From contig NC_134031.1 in assembly GCF_964204645.1 (NCBI RefSeq), positions 6,882,001 through 6,946,000 of the forward strand: a stretch of DNA of 64,000 nt, in the 5' to 3' direction. The notes beneath the pieces are model-generated. The model searched no databases. It was not told the origin of the DNA and was given only the letters and a program-made list of their open reading frames with translations. A program made the translations under genes and the position numbers. This DNA is from Tubulanus polymorphus. Lineage: Eukaryota; Animalia; Nemertea. Shown piece by piece: positions 1-10,600 of the stretch (its first letter is position 1; each line of letters begins with the position of its first letter).

Positions 1-1005
1 AGGGCCCAGTTTCACTTCAACTTTTAACTTGATATTTTGTTTCTTTGGGGCTGTTACAATATGTACGCAAAATCTGGCTTATTTTCACCTCCTGGCATTT
101 TTACAGGGTTCTTACAGGTTGGCCAATTTCTTTTTCAATACCTTTTCCATACCCAGATTATAGATTTTCCATCCCTAAGTTACACATCGCCAACTTAGGC
201 CAATAGGCTGATTCGAAATTTCCCATTCTGAACCCTATTTTTAGGCATTATGTAAATAGGGAGAAGCAGACATATTTGACACGCTCCCCATAGGCTACAT
301 ACAATTTCAAGCATTTTGTCTACACGCATATAGAGAAAATTGGTTGTTTGGGGGTTTCTTTTTTTAATCTCGAAATTGGGAATTTCTCCTATATTTTTTG
401 ACGCCTTATAAAACGTTACCATTATGAAACCTAAACAATGCTTACCATTCAGCGTCATTTTACAAACGACAACCGTAAATTGATGTGCAAAACGTCACAG
501 GTTTATGTGTACACATACAAGCTATTTGGCAAAATATTATTGATAAAGATGTAGAATGGCTCCCTGTGATTATATAATGACCTCTATTTGAACGTCGGAA
601 TGTTATATTGCATTGAATATCATGAGAAGACGTATTGTAATAGTAAAGGATGTATGATTATATCAGGAGCGGCAGGCATAAATAGAAATGATAAGTAAAT
701 CGGATTATTCGGTTAAATGGCGGATGTATACACGATTTGGAAGTCTGATATAAAAGTCAGACCCTGTCATGGGGATGCTAGTGGAATGACGAAGCTATCT
801 ACGATCTGAGTAGGGCCGGCGTGAATTTCATCGGCGGCTACAAGCGGTCTATATAAAAACGTGTAAACATATAATTTCAATATTCAAATGTTTTAGAAAA
901 TATGTTCGATATTAGGCGTATGCAGGTTTCATGAGATTAGCAATTTATAATAGCATAGCTGTCATATACGGCTCCGCGTCCACTGATGGCATGTGTATAA
1001 GGTGA

Positions 1006-1362
1006 CAATTCAATTCAATACTTTATTGATCCTTATTACATTGAAATTCCGGGATAAAATTCCCAAATTCAATAAAGTTACAAATTTTAAACTAAGAAAA
1101 TACAAAATACAAGACACACGGGTAATTCATACAGAATAACATGTATAAGTTATTTAAATGACAATGTCTACTTCAACCCAGACTCAAGTCTAGGATATCG
1201 AGTGACAGCCAAACCGGGCCCCGGGACCGGGCCGGCTGGCTACACGATATGCTCGAAGTCATGATGAAGCAGACATTAGAAGAGCTCTTTCTTCAACCAT
1301 GGAGGCAATGAAGTTGCAGACCAGCTTAGAGGCAAAAGTGAATCGAAGTCGGTCACAAGTTG
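1006..1362 (-). mobile_element. Probable LINE 3' remnant
   Basis: Minus strand ends in AATAAAGTATTGAATTGAATTG (polyA signal plus microsatellite tail); short ORF end KLVCNFIASMVEER...*; TGACAATT at both ends. Confidence 0.5.
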
Positions 1363-2014
1363 ACAATTTTTTTTTTTTAATTAGACCAGTCGAAGACTGT
1401 ATCATCTACCCAATCGCCAAATCTCATAATTCCCCAAATTTCTTATAACTTCGATTTCAAATTTGCAATTCCACATAAGCTTATCCCAGAAATTCTACAT
1501 TTTTTCGCAGGCGTCAAATAATCTATTAAAGTTAATTTTCTTGTTTCGATAAATTTTGATTTGAATTTTTTGTTTCCCTCACGAATCCACCATATCTGCC
1601 AGGAAAAAAACAGGGAATTTGATTTTGAAACCAGAAATCTGGAGTTGGATGGTGATTTACACAATTGATTTTCTTACAAGTTTTGGGATGTTCTTAACTT
1701 TGTTAGCCTAAAAAAATTGTTTCTCATTTCTGCCGAGCTTAAAGTCGACCAGGCTGGTCGCCTATATATAGTGTACAATACTTTTTTTCAATCATGATCA
1801 AGCTTACAATAACAGACCCGGCAGCTATAGAAATGAACTGATTACAAATGTCATTGCAGTTTACAAAATGACCCGGTTGATTAAGAGAAACGAGGTATCA
1901 TTTTTTTCAGCCTTAGTTCGAGCCCAAAAATTCTTATTGCATTAATCTTCTACTATTTTTTGGTGAAACTTAATTCTTCTCAATAACATCTCGAATCATC
2001 GTCGCATTATTTAC

Positions 2015-2542
2015 CGGCATTGATTTGCTGCAGAGGAAACAACAATTTAGCAGAAGGTGGTAGACTCGGTAATCCAAGTAATCGATTCAGTACGGGCGTC
2101 CTGTCGCTGGGTCGAATTTTACCATTGTCTACAAAAAACATTAAAAAAAAAAATGAATGCGAACACTTCAAATCCGATTCGGAGATAAGCATACGCGACC
2201 CTAGAAAGAGCGGCAATCGAGCACAGGGAGATAAGAACAAGGCACGCGTTGTATGAAATCAAAATGATCACAGAAGATATGAATAATTTCATTTCGCAAA
2301 GTTACCGAGTAGTCCTCCATTTTCCTCTTCTCTGTCATCGTTTACATCCTCTTTACCGTCGGTCGGTTCTTGTTTTATATCGCATGACATGTACAGCGGG
2401 TTGAATGCAGCTTCTTCTGAAATCGAAAGAAGTAATATCATCACGCCGTTGAATAGGAATACCGTGTTCTTGAATTCCTAGCAAAAATTTGAGATCGAGA
2501 GAACAATGACGAAATATTCGTACCTTCTGCTTTTGTTGCCAT
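2015..2542 (-). CDS. Unidentified gene, first coding exons (2542-2524, 2416-2306, 2128-2015): MATKAEEEAAFNPLYMSCDIKQEPTDGKEDVNDDREEENGGLLDNGKIRPSDRTPVLNRLLGLPSLPPSAKLLFPLQQINA...; continues leftwards
   Basis: Kozak ACCATGG; three GT-AG exons all joined in phase 1 with an open frame. The IKQE SUMO consensus suggests a nuclear protein or transcription factor. Confidence 0.7.
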
Positions 2543-2685
2543 GGTTGTAACTGAATCTGCAAGAAAAGAATACGCGAATTATTTATCCGAGTTTTAGATT
2601 AATCATTATCTAAAAATCTAGGCAGACGTCGAACTATTTCATTTCAATTAGATTTTTTAACATATTTTAACTAGTACAATTCTAA

Positions 2686-2900
2686 GCAGTAAGCTCAGTT
2701 AGTTGAGTGAAAGACTGGGAACCAGGAGGTCCCTAGTAGGTCCCTAGTTGGAAACCACCTCTGGCATTGGCTGTCGAGACACATGGACTAAGCTCTGCTA
2801 ACTTAGTCATAACAACCTATAAAAAGCCCCTGGCTGTCTCTTAAGACCCACTAGGGTTACACTGTTACTTGCAGTTGGGACCTAAAACTCTTCTTAACTA
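2686..2900 (+). mobile_element. Degenerate tRNA-derived SINE
   Basis: A-box-like AGCTCAGTTAGTTGAG, tRNA-like GACTGGGAACCAGGAGGTCC and B-box-like GTTGGAAACC, followed by an unrelated body; no complete cloverleaf. Confidence 0.45.
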
Positions 2901-3761
2901 AAAATCTTCTTCTAAACTAAACTAGTTAGAACTTGGCAAAAAGTGTGCCATTTGTCTAGTTAACAATAGCCAAATTGCACCTTATTATCCAATCAAAGGT
3001 ATCACTAAACAAGAAAACTAACCGGAAGGTTTATCGACGCCTTGAAAAAAATAACAGATATATTGCTTAATATTGTCGGCAATAATATAAAATTATACAA
3101 TATCATGGGTCAATAATGTTATGTTGAATTTGAAGACCGGCAACCAGAGTAGCCTCGATATATTGATGATGTAGTACACGTCCTCTCAATGATAAACATT
3201 AAAATTTACCAAAAAAGAAATAAAGGTTATGAAATAGGCCTATATCTAATTACAAAATAAGTGCCAAAATTCACAATTATAATTGTTGTTATTTTGAAAC
3301 GCTACTATTAATGATGTAGTGCACATACTCTCTAAAATAATCATTGAAATCTACCAAAAATAAATAAGAGTTATGAAATAGGCCTATATCTAATTACAAA
3401 ACAAATGGCAAAATTCTAAATTGTTCTTATTTTGAAACACCAATACAGTGTACTGATGATGTAGTTAGTACACATACACTCACACAGAACCCCTTAAATA
3501 ACGCATAGGCCTACTAGGTATCAATGTATATAAACATTATTGTAACAGTTTTAACGACATCAAAAAATATTGAATGCAACAATGCAAAATTCATGGTAAA
3601 ATCATTTTCATATGTAGGCTTCATTAAACTACTTTCATGATTAACCAATTAACTAATTAGAACTTTTCTAATTGCAGAGAGAGTAGAATTGTCTAATTGA
3701 CAGCAATCAATTTCACTGCCCTCAGCGCAGAGGCAACAATAGATATTGAATGCAACAATGC

Positions 3762-4211
3762 CAGGCGCGTTTCCAGCACATGCAGTCGCAGTTTTTAGAT
3801 GCCCTTGAAAAATTTATGTTACGGGAAAAAAGTAAATAAAAGGGCAGACAATTTGTACGCCATAAAAAATAATTGCCTTTCTGTAGGCCTTCTAAGCCTA
3901 AAGCAAAATAAAATGTGAATGAAATAAATTGCCCAAAATCATAAAAGGCAATCTAAGGCATTTTTTTTTACTCAAAAGGGATATTCTAAAAGAAACATTA
4001 TTGTTGCTCTATAGACTTAATCAAAAAAGGGCAAATTTCGCCAAAAATCTAAAAAAAGGCACAAGCAAATTGAATGTGAAGGCAGATTTAGTGGCATGAT
4101 ACCAGAATGGCACTCAAACTCGCTCGCTGGGCATTAATACTGGCCCTTTTCAAAGTTTGTGCCCTTTTTTCACTGTGCTGTAGTCACTGTTTGGCCCTGG
4201 ATCTGCGCCTG
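3762..4211. mobile_element. DNA-transposon remnant with 5-bp TSD AATGC
   Basis: TIRs CAGGCGCG..TCCAG / CTGGATCTGCGCCTG; the empty site is preserved in sister tandem units (TGAATGCAACAATGCAAACAATC near 4651 and 4939). Confidence 0.85.
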
Positions 4212-4319
4212 AATGCAAACAATCATTAATATGTTCCTATCATCAAGGTAGGCATCTATAAGAGCTGGTTTTGCATCTGAACTCGCTGTAATCATTTAAC
4301 CAACTTGTTATCAGTACAG

Positions 4320-4464
4320 GGCCCAGTTTCACGAAAAAGTTTAAGCCTAAAAAGGTTAAGTTTGAATTGTTGTTGTCCTCATTGAAAATATGAAGTAACC
4401 TACAGCAATTAGGCCTAGGCCTACACCAAAAATTTCAGTTAAACTTTTTTTGTGAAACTGGGCC
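4320..4464. mobile_element. Harbinger-type MITE, TIR GGCCCAGTTTCAC, TSD CWG; other copies at 40143-40273 and 57491-57620, plus a terminus near position 3
   Basis: Flanks are CAG/CAG here, CAG/CAG at 40143 and CTG/CTG at 57491; internal sequence is shared. Confidence 0.85.
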
Positions 4465-5409
4465 CAGAGCTAACATTATGCTGAATGCAACAATGTACTG
4501 TAAACTATCATTGTCAAATTATTTTCATATCTAGAAACTTTTTTTCATGATCAAAAAATAAATACCAGTCCTTAGTAGTAAATTGCAAAAAGAATGGAAT
4601 TGTCTGACTGTGACAGTAATCAATTCTCACTGCGCTCAGTAACAATATATTGAATGCAACAATGCAAACAATCAATAAAGGATAGGCCTATCATCGATGC
4701 ATGTGAACTCGACATAATCATTTAACCAACTTTTTCTCAGTGCAGAGCCAATATCATATGTTGAATGCAACAATGCACCGGTACCATAAACTATCATTGT
4801 TAAATCATTTGTATATCTAGGCTACATTAAAATTTTTTTCATGATCAACAAATAACTACCAGCCCTTAGAACCAGTAAATCGCAAACTAACTGACAGTTA
4901 GGCCTAATCAATTTTCACTGCGCTCAGTAACAATAGTTGAATGCAACAATGCAAACAATCAATGAAGGATAGGCCTATCATCAATGCAAGCATCTTTTCA
5001 GAACTGGTTTTGCAACTGAACTCGCTATTATCATTTAACCAACTTTTTATCAGTGCAGAGCCAACATTTTATGATAAAATGCAACAATGTAAACACTTGA
5101 TCTGGCAAGCATAGGCATCCATTCTTCAACAACAGGGATCTCCGACTCTATAAAAATCTGCACTGTTACCTTTTTGCACCAATAACAACACCAATCAATT
5201 GAAATTTGTCCACGCAGATTATCATTATCATTATGACGGTACCTAGACTGAAGAGAATCTAGGTCACAACGCAACAACATGACTTCCGCCATCCCCGATC
5301 TTTTAAATGTCATAGTGGAATACATTACAACAATATAGGTAGAACAGAAAAATGATGAAATACCGATCCTATTTCAGGCTCTAGCCTATGTCTGAGAACC
5401 TACCCCTAC

Positions 5410-5510
5410 CTGAAACGATATTCAACACATTCTACGCCCCTTCTTGCCGATTTGACGCGGAATTATCGATCGAATGCTGCAATCATGGCAACAATGTTAC
5501 TGTGCTGTTA
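5410..5510 (-). other. Probable non-coding first exon of the minus-strand gene
   Basis: CpG-rich segment ending in donor CAG|GTAGGG at 5410/5409; the next acceptor, at 2556, precedes the ATG. The 5' boundary is approximate. Confidence 0.5.
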
Positions 5511-5790
5511 AGTGTTAGGTAGCGACAACAACACTGCAAAACATTACTATACCACTGCGCCATCTATCGGGTATTTACTTAACCAAATTCAAATGGCTTT
5601 ATTGCTGTCTTCAACTGGATACAAATCATCATTCTATTATTCTATGTATAAATATGTTTCAGAAAAATCCTCGTATCGTGAATTGTTTTAGTATTTCTGA
5701 GTATTTTACTCCTTTTCACGCTGACATTACAGATGGCCCAGTTCCCTATTTTCTCAATACGCGGCGCCATTGAGAAAGTCAAAATGGCGT
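5510..5790. promoter_or_regulatory. Bidirectional (head-to-head) promoter with YY1-like sites
   Basis: Divergent first exons about 300 bp apart; CAAAATGGCG at 5780-5789, GGCGCCATT near 5763, GCGCCATCT near 5557. Confidence 0.55.
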
Positions 5791-5800
5791 CGAGCCAAAG
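5784..5800 (+). CDS. Ack-like: Ack-like putative exon 1, coding part (MASSQ+AG)
   Basis: Strong context AAAATGG and donor AAG|GTATGG. Phase 2 joins in frame to 14368 (R-N-D-D-A-T-M-T-S). Confidence 0.55.
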
Positions 5801-7602
5801 GTATGGAATTTCTTAGAAAAAATAGGAAATAATTTGTTTGCGGATGGTAATTACGATCGTGAACGTTACGTATTCGATACGCCAGTTTCATGGATTTTTA
5901 CACATAATAAGAAAGGTGAGTTTCTATGTGTTTTGAATATTCCACCAGTTTCAGATTTTGCGTGAGAATTGGATCATGGATGGATGCCGGATCGGATGGA
6001 TCAGGATCCGGTTGCCGATTCGGCGACCGATCGTTGCCCTTATTGGCGATTAACGATGTATGGTGGGTCGCTGCCTGACGCGGATTTGGAAAATTTGTGA
6101 GCTCTTGTGCAGTAACTACACTGAGCTGCACAATTAGATCGTGAGCCAGATATGGCTTTGCCTTTTAGTAACTCAAAAAAGCCTTGTAGGCTAGTTTTTG
6201 ACAATCGAAGCCTCTGTCTCTGACTGACTCTGCCCTGCCTGGCGGCCTGGCTGGTCAGTTTCACAAAGTGACTGGTTTTGTACCTAACCTGACAATAAAC
6301 CAGTGGCGTTGGAACTGCAGGGGTGAAAGTCGCGGGAATAATTTACTAACTGATATTTTTTCTCTTTGAATACCAATGTTTTTGACAAGAAGTCAAAATT
6401 GAAGTATATTCGCCGCGGCAATCTATTATTAGAACCTATCAAAAGTCAGCTATCGGCTGCGGCAATCAAATATTGCCCATCCAACCTAAAATTCTTAGTA
6501 GCATATAGCACGGCATTGTTACCGAAACTGCAGCAGTTAGACCGATTTCACCCCATCGTTGAAAGTATGCGGGTAGCTTGGCGAAAACCTAAAACTCCTT
6601 CACTGTCAGCATAGGCATGAATATATCCCCTTACGCTACAGGGCCTACACATGAGACATGTTTGTTTTCGGAATGGACCAGGGTATAGCTGTCAATTCCT
6701 CGCCACTCGCAGCTCAGTTACTCAGACTTTTTTCGACAATTTAGATCAGCAGAAGCTTTAGCCTACTGAACATCTACTTCAATTGAACAATGCCTATTAC
6801 ACTTACTCTACTATTATATACTGCCTAGAATTATAAGGTATTAATCGAGCTAAGTCATTCGTATTCACCGTTTAAATGCACGCTTTGTTAATTTCATGAT
6901 TTGATTACATAAACATTACTGCCAAGTGCCTCTCTAATTGGGGGCTAATTTCTAGGTCTAACGGCTTCTAAACATCGGCTTTGTGCCCTGGCATTCGGGC
7001 CAATTGGATTAGGCCGGCGTTAGTCTATGAGGGGCTTCTTAAGTTTAATTAGTGTACTGGTGTCCTGTCACGCTGTGTGGTTTAACTCGCTCAGGCCTAG
7101 ATATCTGCAATGTCTATTGAATGGGAAGTGTGCCAGTCATGTGTTTAGTGTCAATGCATTGTTGTATATATATTTTGTGTTTAAAAGGGCAGCCTGTGTA
7201 TATTTTTATTCAGCGGAGCACTTGTACACAGGGACCCAGATTAATTGTTTTGAGAGTTTGTTTGAATGATAGGACTTGTTTATTGTAGGAAGTTTGTAAG
7301 TGAATGAATAGACAGTGTCACTAGTTCAACCCCAGTGAAGTAACTGTTCCCTTTTAATGTGAACATATCAGTGTACTAACAAATAGGTTCTTAAAGACCT
7401 AAGAAGGTTGTTAAAGTAGCTCCCATCTTGAGCAGGACGGGCTTCCCATTTTTAAGGAGATTTACTTTCATTATTAGCACGGGCCTAAATCTGTGGTTGG
7501 AATTGGATACCCCTGGTTAAGGATAATTTTATTTTACCATTTAAAAATTGTAATCTTAGTAACGACATCGATACAATGGTTTAAACTAGAAATATTTTCG
7601 TA

Positions 7603-7653
<51 letters not shown>

Positions 7654-10600
7654 CTCATTACAAAATACAAGAGAGCCGGTTCAGCGTTAGTTTAGACCTT
7701 AGTAACGTATGTCTAGGGTTGGTTCTACTCGAGTAAGAAATTGGGAACGTAATTTTGTGGATCAAGGGTTTTACGTTTTATTTCGACGATATTTTTTTTT
7801 TCTTTCGAAAAACTCGCGTATATACACGTTAGAAACAGTTCGACGAAGAGGCTTGTTTACGGCAATATGGTTTCGATTATTAGCTGATTATTTCGTTTCC
7901 AGTCTTCGATGCAGTTTTCTTATTCGGTTTCAATCATTCTCGGGCACCGGACACGATTAGCTTTAGAAACAATTTATAGGAATAAATAGCTACATTTCAA
8001 CAACTTTTCAAATGAAAAAAAGGTCGGTATTGTTTGTTTCGTTCCTTTTTATTGATCGTAGTAGAGTTCAGTTTTGCACGGTGGGAACTGATTTCTGTCA
8101 TGGAAAACACAGGGAATTTGGTTTAACTAGAAAACACTACACCCCCCCCCCCCCCCGAATTGTTTTTCATTCACAAATTGAATGTTCTCTATCTCATCTG
8201 TCATCTGAACATTACAACTCTAGATCATGATTGATTGATAGAACACTATATCCGTGTTGACCCGATGTAGAGAGAATCCCTGAATGATAAGGGAAAAGTC
8301 CGAAAATGTAACTTTGAGATAGTAGTTTATTCAACGTTTCGACTATATCCTAATAGTCATCTTCAGGAATAATAAGATACAACAAAAATTATGAGATATG
8401 AATACAATCCATAGACAAGGAGACTAATTCAAGTAATTCAAGTATCATCTCTGATTACTTTCTCTTTGTCTATGGATTGTATATATATATATATCATAAT
8501 TTTTGTAGGCCCTATCTCATTATTCCTGAAGATAACAATTAGGATATAGGCGAAACGTAGAATAAACTACTATCTCAAAGTTACATTTTCGGACTTTTTC
8601 CTTATCATTGTGGGATTCTCTTTACAACTCTAGAATCTTTGTTTCATGCGGTTTAAGGTTAAATTCCGATAAGAATATATCAGCTGAAGGTATTAGACCT
8701 GACTACCGCTACTATTTAAGAGTAGTTACTACTCTCGTGAGAGCTCAATTACTTCTATCGAAATATAGGCCTATGCTGAAAATCATAATAGTTTCTAGTT
8801 CATTTTCAATGAAACTACTACTTTATATGTCAAAGTATAGTGAAACCTGAAGCCTGCTACGAAACTATTAAATAGTTAGGGCTGGGTTTCATAGATCTGG
8901 AAGTAGAATAATCCGTGCGAACATTTTGAAATTTGGCAGTTATAACCACGGTTTCTCATTGTTACTATGGTTGGTTGTCACCCAGATTGAAGATTTACGC
9001 CTAGGGCTTACTTTGATACCCGGTCTATAAAACCAGGTCCACGGGTCTACGAAGGTCGAAATGTTTTAAGCGAATTAGCTTATTACTCGGATCTGTCGAG
9101 ATAGGCTAATTAAAAACTACTCTCTGGTCTTTCCTGTAGACGTTCATCGGAACATGGGGAAAGTTCACCCGAAAAACCCAGGGCCCATTTTGAGACTGGT
9201 ATTAACTTAATGAATTGAGTTAACACCACTGTATAAAATCAGGCCCAGGGAGTTGGGAAGTAGATGGATTGTGGTCGCTCTGTTTTGTTGTGGTGCATTT
9301 CGATCGAGTATATTTATGAAAATATGCAATAATATTTAGAATAAACAGAACTTGAAGGAAAAAATCATCTAGGCTATATTGACATCCATAAATAGGCCTC
9401 CCTTCGATATGATCTTACCACCTCAAGCGTACCGGGTATACTTCAAACTATAGCAGACGATCAAGTTCTACTTCGTTCTACGAAATGAGAAAAAAAGAAA
9501 TGACTATTTTAATTCATCGATTTTCGATTAAACGCATTAACGACGACTCGGTTTCTGCGGAGAAATCGAGTTACAAATAAGAGAAAGACTATCCATACAT
9601 TAGAGAGAGAAAGAGAGATTTGTAAATATAGATAATAGCTATATAGTGCTTCTGTTCGGAAAGGTGTTGACATTTCGTTTGTATTGTCGTTTCATAACTA
9701 GGGAAAAATAGAGACCAATTTTAGATTTCAGTCTAGACTTGTTTTTTTCGGTTTATATAAAAACAACCAGGGGTTAGTTTTAGTAGAAACGACCAGGGGT
9801 TATCCCCCGAGGCTCTGGTTTTGGGTGTTTTTAATAGGCCTATATTGTTGTAATAATGGTAAAAACAGCGACAGATGGATCGCGCTCAGTGTTTCTGGCA
9901 AGATTGACTCATTTCATACTCTCGACACATTACGAACTGATATCTCGGTCCTGTTGAGCATTAAATTTACATAATTCATGATTTGTGAATAATCGGGCTG
10001 GAACTAGGGCTGAAATTATCCATTTACGTGGAAGGGAGTTTCAGAACAGATGTTTAGACCGTCCTATTATATAAGGTTATTGTTGTTACTTCCAAATGAA
10101 TTTCTAACCCGCGATCGCGGCCCAGCTTATGTCGACCCAGCTTATGTCGACTGCGCTCCGATTCCTAACAACTGAGGCCGACTAGCGGGTTATGAGATCC
10201 TCTCAGTTGCTTCCCCGCTTATGTCGGTTACCATCACTGGTGACTGAACCGACCGCAGATGGTCATGTGATTAACGTTGTGTGAATTAATTTGAATTATA
10301 GCAAACACGTAGTCGGCCTACTGTAGGCTGAAGTAGAACATGGGTAAAGCCGCATGGCTCGCGATGAGTCGGTATGCATCAGGTTGCCATTCTAATGTTA
10401 GCTTAGCCGCCTTAAATGTCGAGCGGATATGACAGCAACTGGTGGCCTACCGTAGGACGCTAGCCGCCGATAAGCCCAGTAGCGTCGGCAGGTCGCAGAG
10501 GACGTAAGCCAGCCTTGAGGATCTCGGACGTTCAACTTTCAAGTCCGCCATGCAATCTGTTTCATTCCCTTCCAAATTCCTCCTGTGCCTGACAACGTTT

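Larger units (their letters stand above)
3150..5090. repeat. Degenerate tandem arrays (~143-bp units at 3150-3480; ~290-bp units at 3570-5090)
   Basis: Recurring TGATGTAGT-CACA and TTGAATGCAACAATG motifs at regular spacing. Confidence 0.75.

Noticed and set aside
2686-2765. tRNA gene
   Set aside because: Internal duplication, no acceptor stem and a degenerate T-loop; better explained as a SINE head.
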